Shown here: in pieces, positions 24,478-37,821 of the stretch
How positions within the stretch are numbered: position 1 is the stretch's first letter
Layout: every line of letters starts with the position of its first letter
Source of the DNA: Camelus dromedarius
Taxonomy: Eukaryota
DNA: 64,000 bases
Direction: 5' to 3'
Assembly: GCF_036321535.1 (NCBI RefSeq)
Contig: NC_087472.1
Location: 92,382,001-92,446,000, forward strand
Notes under the pieces: generated by a model
Seen by the model: only the letters and a program-made list of their open reading frames with translations
The model's database searches: none
What the model was told of the DNA's origin: nothing
Position numbers and translations under genes: made by a program

Positions 24478-25514
24478 ATGTTTCTCAGACTGTGAATCCT
24501 TCACACTATGTCTGCATTCTCTAACTGCATAAACTATTTTTAAGTCCTCAAATTCGTCTAACATTCAAATCCAAGGAACATTTACTGGGAATTAGAAAAA
24601 TATGTTTTAGTTATTTGCATATTTTATGTCCTTACAAATAGAATGTATTTTACTTCATGGAAAAATCATGTCTTATTCATGGCTGTGTTCATGCTTAACA
24701 AAAGCAGAACTACATAAAATATAGAATGTTGTTTATAAAATGATGAGAAATTATTTTTGAAACAAAAAAGCAAAAACATAAAATTAAAACTCCATTAAAA
24801 TTTAATATACAGAATAGAAATATAAAATCAAATACGTAAACATATATATGTTATGCATATATCTAGACTTAATTGCTTACATATTTAAATCTATATTCTG
24901 ATATAACCCATAAGGCAAAGAGCTTAGGACAAGATGCCACAGGTCTACACGCTTATCCACTAGATGGCTCCCTTACAATTCTAACTTGTGATCTTGTTCT
25001 AAGGAAAACTTAAAATTCACTCAAAATATAATACACCCAATCTTAAACATTTGCTTCCAGTGTCATCCACAGCAGTTCTGTTGCACCAAATAGAGAGGAA
25101 CTCACCTTGAATCATCTTATGGTAAACCAGAGAAGTCATGTCTTGTACACATTTATTATTTAGCAAAGAGTTAGAAAATGACTATAGTGTGTAATACAAG
25201 ACAGTGTTTCTAAACATGAGGTCAGTAGATTCATGTAGGGGAGACACTTGAGGTGCTAATTGACAATGCAGAATTGGGTATCCATGTCATGTCTGGTGGA
25301 TGAGAATTACCTGGGGTGAGGGAGAACCCGGATTCTGTGCTATTAACTAATTTACGTACCAAAGTTCAAGAGTGACAGTATAAAAAATATACTTTTAAAG
25401 ACACATTTGGTTTTGTCTACTCCTGTGCAGACTAGTACTGATTTAATATGCTTGTCTAATTCAATTAATACTCTAAGTCCAAAGAGAGAAAAAACAATAA
25501 TCAAAAGATTTAGA

Positions 25515-25880
25515 AAAGATTAGAATCATATAATCCTGGAGTTGTAAAGGACTTGAGAAATCACTGAATCCAATGGTTCTTAACCATGGCTGCACATTAT
25601 AATAACTTGGGGAGCTTTTAAAACCTACCAGTGTCCTAGTCTCACCTCCAGAGATACCTTTTTTAATTAGTCTGAGATGGGAGCTGGTTATTGGTGTATT
25701 TCAGAAAGCTCCCCTAATGATTTTAATGTGTAATCAAGGTTGAGAACCACTAATCCAGAAGAAGGTCCTCATTTCATATGTAAAGAACTATGGTCACAAA
25801 TAAGTTAAGCATCTTGCTATAAAATACACAAGACATTGGCAAAGTTGGGACTGGAATTCAGACCCTCTTCCCACAATTCC
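25515..25880 (-). mobile_element. MIR interrupted by a MER5A MITE
   Basis: MIR-like halves agaatcata...ttgagaaatcactgaatc and ctcatttcatatgtaaagaact...gggactggaattcag flank the MITE. Confidence 0.55.
25571..25752. mobile_element. MER5A-like hAT-Charlie MITE
   Basis: TIRs caatggttcttaacc...ggttgagaaccact. Confidence 0.85.
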
Positions 25881-28199
25881 TGTCTATTCAGAAATGAGTA
25901 TAATCTTTTTTGTCCGTAAAAGGTGCCACAAGTATGATAATAATACTTTCAGGAAGAAAATGCATAGAAGTATTTTAAAAGATATTGCATATATCGGCTA
26001 CCACACTATAAAAAACATGTTGCTGTATCATCCTTTCTTTGCAATGTTAGAGGATGAAATTTAAACCAAGACTTAACAGTTCAGAGCAGAAAACAGACAT
26101 GTAATCTGTTTCCTGCAAAGCAGTTGTCAGTGGCTCTTGATACTGAATGAGAGAGATGGAAGAAAGGCGTCCACTGGGCCTACATGAAACAAAGACTAAA
26201 AAGAAGGCAGACCATGCCCAATATCAGTTAAGAGGACACCCAGGGGAAGTAGTATCCTTTAACTGAAACAGATGCAAATTCATTATAAAGTTAGATAAAC
26301 CACCTACAGAAACCAACTGAAAGACCGAAGGAAAGCGATGCGGGAGCAACTGACAGACACCACAAACCTTTGTTCTAAATAAAATCAATTTTATGGTTTC
26401 ACTCAGCCCTTAATTTGTCAAAATGTTCAAACTAAAACCAATATACAAGCTTCAGCAAACTCAGCGGGGTGGGTACTTTTTGTCGGAACTGTTTGCAAAC
26501 CGCCGAGCAATATGGGATAAAAGCATTTGCACGGCTCTACTCTCACCCACAGAGAATATGTTCCTCATTTTGAAGGTCAGGCCATACATCACTGGCCCAA
26601 TGTCAGGAAACATGCATCGCCTCCACCTACGCTGTGCCAGGTCAGTTAGAAAATAAACAAAAGCAACTGAACAGAGCAGCTACCCCCTCAACGGCTCCAT
26701 CTTCCTTCCCAAACGTTCTGTCTGCAAAGCAGAAGCCAAAGGGAAGATGCCGGGAAGGAAAAATTCAAGTCTTCTACTGAAGATGCCAGTAGTTCTAATA
26801 CCTTGCAGTACCAGATTCTATTTTTTCCTGAGAAATACAGGACAGACTGAACTGGTAAGACTAGATTATTTACAGCAGATCTCTTTAAAATGTCACTGGG
26901 ACTTTACAAGGCTTTGCCTATATCTATTTCAGACAGCTGTAAGTTAGAGGCTTTCAGATTCTTTCTGCTACCAAAGGTCTCAAGTATCAGTCACTGGGCT
27001 CCTCGAGCTGCATCAGCCATCGGGCTGTCATCCCAGAAACTTCTACACTTCAAATTCCAGTGACCAGCATTACCTATGGAGGATTGCTGCTAAATTACAG
27101 GTAAGACCTGAGTGACTGAAGAATGGCCTTGCCTACTGGTCAGTCACTTCTAGTTAACAGTTTAGTAATAATGAGTTCATCAGATTAGCTTGTGGTCATG
27201 TGACAGACTGAGAAAGAAACATTGGCAGGCCTGGAGATCCCAAAGAGAATGGGATGTAGTTTTTCAAGTTTCCAGTAGTAGAAAGGACTGTAGGAAGGGG
27301 TAGAGCTGAAGTAGGCTGACAAAAATCCCTGGTTGCCTAAAAGACAACTAGATACACATATACATATATACATGTAAATATACATATATACATATATATT
27401 TTAAAGGAACAGAATCATAGAGTACCTAACATGACCACAATAAAGGGAGAGGGCCTGAAAAAAGGTTTGATATTGTGGGGAGCAGACAGCCTGGGAATGC
27501 TGAAGTCACATCACCTAATTAAGAGTTTTCATTTTTCCATAGGATTCAAAGCAAATGTTGAAATAACATTAACCTTCCATATGCTCTGACACTCCTAATT
27601 TAGTACCTTTAGATAACAGTCAGTTCTAAACCCTTCCACACGTATTTTTTCATTTGTAACAGTTGGCTTCATCCCATTTCCTTAATGCAGACTTACTGTA
27701 TGCAGACATGCTTTGAAATCCATAGATGAGGCTGTCTTTATTTAAAATGAAGGTTTAACCTCTCAAAGACAGTACAGCCAGTCACTTCATAACAAATTAA
27801 TCTCATGAGGACTAAATAGGTGAGTTATATGTCCATTATAAATTTCTTCCGATGGGTTGAGTCATACAGCACGAAGGCAAAGAAGCTTGGAGTAACAATA
27901 CCCTCATTATATTCAATGCCATGTCAGCCAGTGGCCATGGACATCCAGTAAATAGCAGTACATTGTGACTGATCATGTGCCTCACAGTTTGCAAGTACTG
28001 AAGATGTAGTAAGTTAAGCCAGGAAAGAAAGGCAATTTGGATTGCCTTTTTTTCACCATTTATGTATTTTTTACATTAAATTACCTCAGATCACTCAATT
28101 TAATATGTATGCTGAGAGCGCAGGGAAAAGTGGTTAATTTTCAAAATCATTTCTGTAATTCAGAACATCTTCTTCAACAAGCAAATCAGAGCTAAGGAT

Positions 28200-28278
28200 T
28201 ATTCTGTACATTGGAAATTGACACAACATTGTAAACTGACTATACTTCAATTTAAAAAATTATAATAAAAAGAAAGAA
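28200..28278 (+). mobile_element. Short young L1 3' end with A-rich tail
   Basis: aaattgacacaacattgtaaactgactatacttcaatttaaaaaa. Confidence 0.75.
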
Positions 28279-29269
28279 TTTATGTTGGCATTTCAGGCAG
28301 GTCATGGACTTTGAAGACAGCAGGCAGTGTGAATGGAAGCAATCTGATGGAGGAAGAGACCCAGAAATGTCGAAAGGAGAATTACTTAGCTACCTTTCCC
28401 TCCATACCTTCCCTGAGATAAACTTTTAAGTTTCCTGAATTAGAAAAAAGAAAGTTGCTTTTTTTTTCCGTAAAGTGGTACAGCAGTCTTAGTGGTGAAC
28501 TACATTTGAGATAGAACTTGAGTTTTATTCAAAAGCTTAGAAAACTCACAGTTACCTTTCTGTAGGAGAGACTTGAAAGAGAATTTTTTAAAAGCAGCAC
28601 TGGTTAAGAGTAATAATTTCTTTTATGAAAATTAAAAATGTAATTTTCTGTGGGACTGTTAGGCTATAGTAGTGTTAACAAAACATTTGAATTTTGAGAA
28701 CAACATAATAAAAAAGAATGAAGACTGACATTGTGTTTCTTTTTATTTCATCAAAACAAAAATACAAATAAAAAAACAACAAAGGAAAAATCACAACAGT
28801 AAAATGGGAGGGCAACTGAAATTTCACAGTATAGAATACTCTTTCAAAAAGGATAAATTTAAAATTAAGAAAAAAAATGTTCCCTATTTTTTTGTCATTC
28901 TAACTTGAACCTTCTCCAATAGGAGCTATGAGCCCACATACATCTGGCTCTGAGTGCTGGTTCCTAAGTGCCCATCCAAGGTCAAGTTCCAGGAATGGCA
29001 GTACTGTACTAGTACCTAAGACCACCTGTAGATGTCTGAATTATTGGCAGAGATGCTGCAGCTCATGAACTACGATGCTCAGGGAGAAATAATGGGGCAG
29101 CTCAACCTTATTAGCCATCACTCACATCTAGAGTGGGCCAGAGTACCACAAGGGCAGAGCAGGTTAAGAAGAGTTTGAAGTTGAGTGATCTTCAAGCAAA
29201 GTGAGAGTAGACAGGAAATACTGAGGACAGTGGGACAAATTAAACTACATCACAAAAGCCTAGGCAGCA

Positions 29270-30170
29270 AAACCAAACCATGGAAAACTTTATAGCTTCT
29301 TCAACAAATACACTGCTTTAAAAAAAAAATAAAAGACAGAGGGATGTGATGATTAATTTCATGTGTCAACTTGACCAGGCTAAGGGATACTCATATAGCT
29401 GGTAAAATACTATTTCTAGGTGTGTCTCTGAAGGTGTTTCTAGGAGAGATTACCATTTGAATCAGTAGACTGAGTAAAAAAGATCGACCCTCACCAACAG
29501 GGGTGGGATGGCATCATCCAATCCAATGAGGGCCCAAACAGCCCCAAATGGCAGAGGAAGGGCGAGTTCCCACTCTCTTCTTGAACTGGGCGATCCATCT
29601 TCTCCTGCCCTTGGGCATTGGAGCTCCTGGTTCTAAGGCCTTCATACTCAAACTGAATTATGTTACCTGCTTTCCTAGTTCTCCATCTTGCAGACAGCAG
29701 ACTGTCAGACTTCTTGGCCTCCATTACTTCATAAGCCTATAATACATTGCCTATTGTATGTCTGTATCTCCATCTCTCTCTCTCTCTCTACACAGAGCCT
29801 ATGGGTTGTTTCTCTGGAGAACCCTAATACAAGGGGGGAAACCTATAGATTAAAAGAGACTTAAAAGATTTTAAAAATTAGACCAGACTTAACTACAGTG
29901 TTTAGGGACATCTCTTCGGGTGATAAAACTAAGAAGAAAAGCAAGGGCACAATTCTGGAAAAGTGATCATTGGGTTTACACTTACACCGTTGTGTGTTGG
30001 GTGGGGGCACTGGTTAGGAGGAGACACGTCAAAGGCTTCTGGAGTGGCTGGCAAGGGTCAGTCTCCTGACTTCCAGGATAGTAATAAGGGTGTTTGCCTT
30101 AATTAGTAATAAGGGCATTCATTAACTGTAAATTTGTTTTATAAATATTTTCAGTAGTTGTGTTACCTAT
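29270..30170 (+). mobile_element. Ancient L1 (L1ME-like) 3' region interrupted by an MLT2 LTR
   Basis: ttcttcaacaaata...gaggga | gggggaaacctatagattaaaagagactta...ggcttctggagtggctggcaa. Confidence 0.65.
29345..29831 (+). mobile_element. ERVL solo LTR (MLT2-like)
   Basis: tgtgatgattaatttcatgtgtcaacttgac...tttctctggagaaccctaataca; 5-bp TSD aggga/agggg. Confidence 0.9.
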
Positions 30171-30189
30171 AAAAATACTGTATATGAAA

Positions 30190-30410
30190 ATAAAGGTTCT
30201 GGAGTCAGACTACCTGGTATATATAAACCCAAAATTCTGACACATTACTTATGTGTTCTAGGCTATAATTTGGCCTGTTTTCTAACGCAGATGTTGATGA
30301 TCCAAATGGTACCCATTTAAACAGGGTAATCCTGAAGATGAATAGATATAAAGCTTCTCAAACACTACGTGGCAGAGAAGAAATACTGTGTGTGTGTTAG
30401 CTATTATTAT
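30190..30410 (+). mobile_element. MIR SINE
   Basis: ggttctggagtcagactacctgg...ttagctattatta. Confidence 0.65.
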
Positions 30411-31787
30411 AGGAAATGGTTCTGTCCAGGAAGCAAGCAGAGGTAGCAAATTAAGAGATTAGAGGCAAGTGATGCAAAGTTCTGCAAATGCATGACAGTC
30501 TTAAAGATGTTCTGCATCATAATTTCTCTCTTATTCAATTTTCAACTTAAATTGTTCATTCCAGAGAGTGATATTTGCTGTATGACAAAGAACATCTACA
30601 ATTTTACAATGAAAATCAATTGAAAATGGAATTCACTTGATTATTACTTTGCATCCAAAATCATTGGAATTCATCCATTTTATTAACTACGGCAAATGAA
30701 AAAGGTAGTTCTATCTGTTAAAAAGGAGGCTGCCAAATTAAATGACTTGGTTTGATTGAACTTTTCATGAGTACAAATTAAAATGTTAGGGATTTTTTGT
30801 TTGAATCCTAAAACTTGGATTAGGCTTTCAATGGATTAAACACTCTGCTCACGTAAAGCTAGTCTTTTAAAAATCACATTTTTGGCTCTTCAGCTTTTTT
30901 ATGAAAAGAAGGCAAAGCTTTCTTAATCCTATTAATTCACAGATTTATTTTCTTCAGTTTTAATTAATTGTGTTTCTTGACCTTTGGTTTGGGTCATCAT
31001 TATATACTTTTAGTTTTAGCAATTTAAAGCTTGTTTTTTTTTTTGAGTGCATTTCAGACCTCACTATTTTCTATATAAAATATGTTAATGGTTGCATTTT
31101 AAAATGTTGATTATTCTAATAAGAACACTTTAAATTACCACATCAAATTTAACAGACTAAAAGTCAGTGTCCACACAGGTGACTCAAATGTCTTAAAAAT
31201 CTTTTGACTCACATTTTAAAAAGTTCCTCCATTCTTATGCAATTAGGAAAATTAGTTTATAATAATGTCGTTTAGAGAATTCAATTTTTAAAGAAGTCCC
31301 CACGGTATTTTATTATTCTGTCTTTAATGATTTTCTACAGTTTTGGCATATCCACTCTAATTTAGCTGATTATTTAAGAAGTTGAATTTATCAGGTAATA
31401 ACTATTTGTAGAATTGAATTGTGCTTTTTGCACTTTCACTGACCAAAACTGACTCCAGTTTTTCTTTTTTCATCTGTTAAAAATGGATGATGTGACCTAT
31501 TTGCTAGGGGCTTAGAGAAAATAATTAAAAACATAACACTGGAACTTCATTGTAACACTGTTAGCGAAATGAGGTCAATGTCAAATGCGTTCTGGACCCT
31601 GGGACCTGCCTTATTCCAAGTTTCATCTCATGAGGAGAGAGTCTCAGGCATTTTTAATAGGCCATCTAGACAGACAATGGAATCGGCCATTTCAAATTCA
31701 CACTTCTATACATACACTTCAAGCTAAAAGAGTAGGTTAACATAGTCAGTATTGAATATATCATACATATCAATGCAATAGTGGACA

Positions 31788-32417
31788 CCTGGCTACTCAC
31801 TGTGGTTTGCAGAGTAGCAGCACTGACACAATCTGGGAGTTTATTAGAAACACAGACTGACCAAGATTGCCTTAATCCTCCCCTGGACTTGAGTCAACTT
31901 GAGACAGGTTTCTTCCTGAGTACAGGATTCTAACCTCCCTTTTCTTGGGGTATTTACTTTAGAAAACTTGCAACTGCAAATTCATTCTCTACCCCTTTGA
32001 GATGTAAATCTTCTACAACCCAGGAATGGCTTCCTCAAGGACCTGGGAGCCATCCCTTTGAAATGTAATCATCAAAAAAGATAGGGCTCCTGTCTCCCAG
32101 TCTCTGCAGGAGGGTAGGAGCCTAACTTTGAAAAGGCAGAGATGGCCTCATCATATTAACCAGCCTCCCTCCCACAGCGTCCTCCAGTACCTTTCCATTA
32201 GTTTACCCCAGCATTTAAGAATCCTTTTATCTTTGTTTCAGTGGAGTTGAGTTCAACTTCTCTCCCCTATTGTAATTGAGTAAAGTCTTCCTTGACTATT
32301 TAACTGGTCTGAGCTTTTTAAAAATAAGATTCTTAGCCCCAGCCCCACAATCAGACTATGCATGTTAACAAAATCCCCAAGTATTTCCAGTGACCAATAA
32401 TGGTTGAGAAGTGCTGC
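31788..32417. mobile_element. MER5-like hAT MITE split by an LTR insertion
   Basis: Left half gcagcactgacacaatctgggagtttattagaaacacagac; right half ttaacaaaatccccaagtatttc...ttgagaagtgctgct. Confidence 0.7.
31858..32326 (+). mobile_element. ERV1-class solo LTR (MER67-like)
   Basis: tttactttagaaaacttgc...caaggacctgggagccatccctttgaaatgtaatcatc...gggtaggagcctaac; 4-bp TSD agac/agat. Confidence 0.8.
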
Positions 32418-32794
32418 TCTGGACTGTAACACTGAGCACTGCTTGCTGGTACTTAATGGGACACTGGGTACAAACAAAAAACAGCATGCAAATGTTAGAT
32501 AAGCACCACTTAGTTTAACAACATTATAGTAAACACCCTTTCTATTTCAATTACCTGATCATTTTGTTCTGTCTTTACCTGAGTGTTCTTTTTGAGTATA
32601 TTCTGAAATAGTCTGGGCTGTACTTCTGTTACTTGTTGTTTTCAATTAAAAAAAAAATAAGCGAGTGCCTTAGAGAAGACCTGTATGAACCAATCCTTCA
32701 CAACATCAAGGGAGAACACAACACTGAGTGTGCACAACAGGTGGACAACCCTGTATCTACTAGATGCCCAGCAGTCAACTATGTGTGCTAATGT

Positions 32795-33050
32795 TTCTTT
32801 GATTCATTGAACAAATACTAAATACTCACTGAGTGTCTGTTAGGGACCAAGCATTGTTCTAGGATTGGGATCAGAGAACAAAACAGTCCTAACACCCTGC
32901 CTTCATTGTTCTTACTGTCTTTAATCCTCACAAGAATTCATTGAGGCTTGTAATGGTATCACAATTTCATCAATGAGGTTAACGCTCATAAAATCTAGGC
33001 AGACATAAGATTTGAACTAAGTCTTATGACCTCAAAATGAGTACTGTTTT
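32795..33050 (-). mobile_element. L2 tail followed by a MIR fragment
   Basis: ttcattgaacaaata...ctgagtgtctg...agcattgttctagg; ttaatcctcacaag...gatttgaactaagtct. Confidence 0.55.
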
Positions 33051-33760
33051 TGTGGGTGTGTTTGAGTGACACATTCTTTCATGTATCCCTAATAATGGCA
33101 AAAATGAACACTTGTAAGTGAATTCTCTATCAAAAATAGGTCTAGTCTTCTCGTACCAGAGTTATATGAAAATGGTGAGGGAGAATTTAAGACAGCAGCA
33201 TTGCGTTGCTTGTCCTTGTACATATATTTGTTTGGTGAATATATACACATGTGCAGCTTTTATAATACATATTTTATAGTTCAGAGAGCTGAAAAAGTAT
33301 GGTATATGTATATGTGTGTATGTGTATATATTACTCTTCTGGCATAATGGCTATAATATATGTAATATATAATCCCTTGCTGTAGGGATTTTGGGTTTTC
33401 AAGATAAATGTTCTTCTGATATGATTTCAGCCATGTCTTATTTATGAGACCTTCACAAGGTATATAAAAATGCACTGTCAGGATGATTCGTTTTACTGAG
33501 CATTAGTAGTCCTAGTCAAGTAAATGTGTATTCACAAAAGACAGAGTGAAACACACTTCTGTCTGATTTTGGCTTCATTTCATTTATCTTTGGAAAATTT
33601 GATCAGTTTAATCATGAAACTGCAGGAAGTCAACTTAATTTTTGTTAACTACATCACTGCATGAGGGTCGTAGAAAGAAAAATTCTGGTAAGACAGAATA
33701 AATTAGCTACCTTAATTTTTATAACTGAAGTATGTGAACTTGATGTTCACCTCTGTGAAC

Positions 33761-33948
33761 CAGTGATTCTCAACCTGAGTTGCACAGCAGAATCAGATGT
33801 TGACCTTACTTATCTGAAAAACGATACTAATGCCTAGGCATTATCCCAGACCAATTGACACAGAATACCTGGAAGTGGGGCCCAATGTGGGTTTATTTTA
33901 AAAGCTCCCTAAATTATTTTAATGTGCAGCCAGGGTTGAGAAACCCTG
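33761..33948. mobile_element. MER5A-like hAT MITE
   Basis: cagtgattctcaacc...ttaatgtgcagccagggttgagaaaccctg. Confidence 0.85.
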
Positions 33949-35209
33949 ATTTACACACTGCATTTTAACCTTTATTTTCCCTACACAGCATTTTAATTCA
34001 TGTTTTTTTTAAACAAGAGTCTCAGAACATCCAAGTATTAGTTATATTATGTTAGATTTTCTCCTCTGCCAATATTTGCACAGCTGTTTAATACTCAGTA
34101 CGAACTACCACATATTTCCACCACAATTAAACTGAGATCTGACATTTACAATTTTCACGTAGCCACAATCAGTTCCCAGACTCCCTGTTGCAACCAAGAG
34201 TAGCAGGCTCATTACTGTAATGAAGCCATGTTTTAAAAGTTCTAAATCAAAGAGAACTCAGCATTGTCCAAAATTATAATCTGATTATTAGATTTCTCTC
34301 CTTTATTCACTTAGATTTGCACCTATCATCTTTTAGAAGATAAGATAAAGATAAGAATCTCCAAAAACTTACTAACATTTTATGCAGTTTTAAGCTATTT
34401 GGACATGCTGGACATATAAATATCTTTCACTTCACAATTTTTAATTGTACAGACTTGCTGTGTCAAATTCCACTGGAATAACATGATTAGTAAAATATAT
34501 CAAATGACAAAAATAACTATCTTTAAAATCCAATAGTACTTACTTTTCAACCATGTAATCAGTTGTAAGGTGAGTTTCAAACATACTTTTCAATAAACTT
34601 TGTTGTCAATTTACAAATGATTAAAACCATCATCAAATAAACTATAGTCTCTTTTAAAAGTATGTTGTTTCAAACTTTCTTCACAAACAATTAAAGCAGA
34701 AAAAGAAACTACCAAGAATCAAAATAGTCCTTTCTTTTTAATATTCTATTGAACTACCTCAGTTTTCCTTTTATGCTATGAATACTGAACTGGCCAAAAT
34801 GAGTGTTTAATAAAATGATGCCACTCTTTTTACATCCAATTTAAAAATTTAATCTCTAGGCCCCTAGTATCAGATAAGAGTAAGCAATTTATTGTATATA
34901 AAAAACACCTTAAAGTTAAGCTAAAACAGGTTTGATCATAAAGAATTAGAGAAATGAAAGAACTCCTAACCCTGACTATACCTTATCATTGATTAACAGT
35001 CCAGGAGGTCCCATTTCCCTATCATCTTGGTCAATATTGTCCACCTGGTCCATGCTTATCCCACAGGCCTCCTACACTGCCACCTTCCCTCTTATTTTTA
35101 CTTTGCTTCCAACTTCCCTGAGTTAATAGTGGCCTTCAGCCTAGAATACTGCCAAACTTCATCCACCCATGCCTATAGGTAACAGTAAGTAGTTCTATGC
35201 TGCTGAACC

Positions 35210-35460
35210 AAGGAGGTTTCTGGAAGAGCAGCAGGAAGACTGGAGTGACTGACTGAAGCCAGATCATGAAAGGTCTCATGCTAAGATAATGAATTTGAAC
35301 TTCATTTTGAAGAGCTGGAGAGTCACTGAAGGCTCTAATGCAGGCAAGTGTTCTGATCAGATTTCAGAAAGACTAACCAGAGAGCAATGTGGAGGACAGA
35401 TCAGGAGCAAAGTCAAACTCAGAGTGGGAGGATCATTTAAGAAACAACAGTCCAGTTAAG
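35210..35460 (-). mobile_element. L2 internal fragment
   Basis: gccagatcatgaaaggtctc...gagtcactgaaggctctaatgcaggcaagtg...atcagattt. Confidence 0.6.
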
Positions 35461-35609
35461 AGGGGTTGCGACTCAAGTGAGACCTCCACCTTGTCCACCA
35501 GTCATAGGTTCTAGGCACAATTCCAGTGCCCTTTGATGACTTTTAGCACAACCATTACTACATTCTACACAATAATGTTGTCTTCTTCTTCCTTCTGTTA
35601 TAAGCTCTC

Positions 35610-35740
35610 TCCCTTGCTAAACCACAGTGTCTCTAGGTGGCAGACCCTTGTCTTTTCTTTTATCCTCAAGGCCTAGCACAGGGCCTGGCACACTGTAGGT
35701 ATCTGAAAATATTTTAGACTATTCAGATGAATGAATAAAC
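35610..35740 (+). mobile_element. L2 3' tail
   Basis: ggcctagcacagggcctggcacactgtagg...atgaatgaataa. Confidence 0.75.
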
Positions 35741-37216
35741 AGAACAATGATTTAAATTATGTTTATTTGTATAGTAGAATAAACACTTTATCTAGATTTA
35801 AGTCTTCATTTTCTCAATAGCTAGTTGGGAGGCTTCAACCATTTCCTTTATTTCCCAGTTTTTAAGTCTATTAATCAAGGGATATGGATTAAATTATTTC
35901 TAATGTAGGTTCTGAACTCTAATATACTATAGGATTTAGTTTCTATTAAAAATGTATAATGCAACAGGCAATTATAAATTGCCACAGGTTGACTCAAAGA
36001 CTGCATTTCATATAATCAACTGTTTGTCACTCGTGTCCATTTTAATAGGTTTAAAATGATTTCATGTCTACTCAGAAATATTAGAAGTATGTGAAGTGAC
36101 ATACAGATGGAGTGAAATATCAATATTTCTTCCATATGAAATCCCAGATTGCTAAAACATGTACTTTTGTCAGTAAACAATTTTATTTTTAAGTGATTGA
36201 CGTCCAGGAATATTAAATTTCATAGTTTGATGCTATTAGCATGATTACTAATGCTAAGTCATTTTTTGCTTAATATTTTTCAATATTCTTTGCCTTGTTT
36301 GACATCAACATGGCTTCCTGAATAAAGATAAATAACCCAAGTTTTGAAAGTGAATATATAGTTGTATATTATTGTTTTCTTTTAAAAATGAAAAATTTTT
36401 GCCTACACTATTTTCACAATGATTTTCCTTTTACCTTTAGGAAGCAGTCAATTTATTACGTTTATGTTTCTGGGTTGTTAAATGTTAAGGCCACAGACAT
36501 ACTGAATATAGCAGCATAACTTAATTGCTTGTCTCTACTTGCATAGTGACCCTCAAACAGTGTAACTACAGGATGCTTTAAATATTTTTCAACAAGATTT
36601 AATATAAGGAAGGGTTTTATTCTGCCATGCTTTAGATATGCCTTACCTAGAAGATATGAGAAAATAGCTATTTTTAAAAATATTTTAGGTTTCCATATTT
36701 TTCAAAGACTATAGAAGTAAGCTAACATAATCATTTATAAATGATAACAAAGATAGTGAGTGTACTAGTTAAGCCAAACATCACAAAATAAAAACTATAG
36801 CCATATGTGCCCAGATTGATATTCATATAAAAATCTGCCATGCCAAAGTAGTTTAAGAACAACAGTTTCATGTATACTCCAGCATGACTCTGTGCTATTA
36901 AGTAAACTATATTTATTTAGCATCATCATGCTGCTCAAATGGTAGAGCAGACAAACGAGATTTATTTCTGTATAAAGAAAAGCAAATACACTATTTTGAT
37001 CGACTGCTTTTAAAGATTTTAACTAGAACTAGAAAATTAGTGAAAAGTAAGTAATATTAATCATACAAAGTTTCAAAGCTGCATACAGGACATAAGGCTA
37101 TACAAACTTATTATTTTTTTAATCTCAGAGATGTTTTGTTTATTTGGTTTCCTTTGGTTTTGCTTCACTGGGCTTCAAATCTATTTTACATTCCATTAAC
37201 TGGTTGGTGCATAGTA

Positions 37217-37219
<3 letters not shown>

Positions 37220-37252
<33 letters not shown>
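37220..37252. repeat. (TG)n microsatellite
   Basis: Direct inspection. Confidence 0.95.
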
Positions 37253-37255
<3 letters not shown>

Positions 37256-37465
37256 AATACGTAAATTCTGGATATTCGTGATTTGTGTTTTCTAAGTTCA
37301 AGAGTTCAGTCAATAATTTCAATTTCCCTGCAGTTTCTTAGAGTAGCTTTTCAATATTTCCTCCTTTAATTTAGGTGTAAATTTTCAATGCAAACAGACC
37401 TATGGAAGTCAGATCATTTAAGACTAATGCCTGGTACCTACCAAGCATTTTACAATGCACCTTAC

Positions 37466-37489
37466 CTGGAGTATCATGTTTTAATTTCA
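37466..37489 (-). other. Candidate 24-nt microexon
   Basis: Acceptor ctttgtttttttattgttttattctag | TGAAATTAAAACATGATACTCCAG | gtaagg donor; frame-preserving, open only in phase 1 (xKLKHDTPx). Confidence 0.3.
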
Positions 37490-37609
37490 CTAGAATAAAA
37501 CAATAAAAAAACAAAGTACTGAACAATGGCTAACAATGTAGCAAAATGGGAACTTGAACTACTGGTGGTATGCAGCCCATGATCTTTCTCCTATGACACA
37601 TTATATATT

Positions 37610-37821
37610 TTTTTCTTAAACTTTTTTTATTGATTTATAGTCATTTTACAATGTTGTGTCAAATTCCAGTGTAGAGCACAATTTTTCAGTTATACATGAA
37701 CATACATATATTCATTGTCACATTTTTTTTTTGCTGTGAGCTACTGCAAGATCTTGTATATATTGCCCTGTGCTATACAGTATAATCTTGTTTATCTATT
37801 CTACATTTTGAAACCCCAGTC
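37610..37821 (-). mobile_element. 5'-truncated young L1 3' end (camelid-like)
   Basis: tttttttattgatttatagtcattttacaatgttgtgtcaaattccagtgtagagcac...ccctgtgctatacagtataatcttgtttatctattc; TSD ttatatatt/ttgtatatt. Confidence 0.85.
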
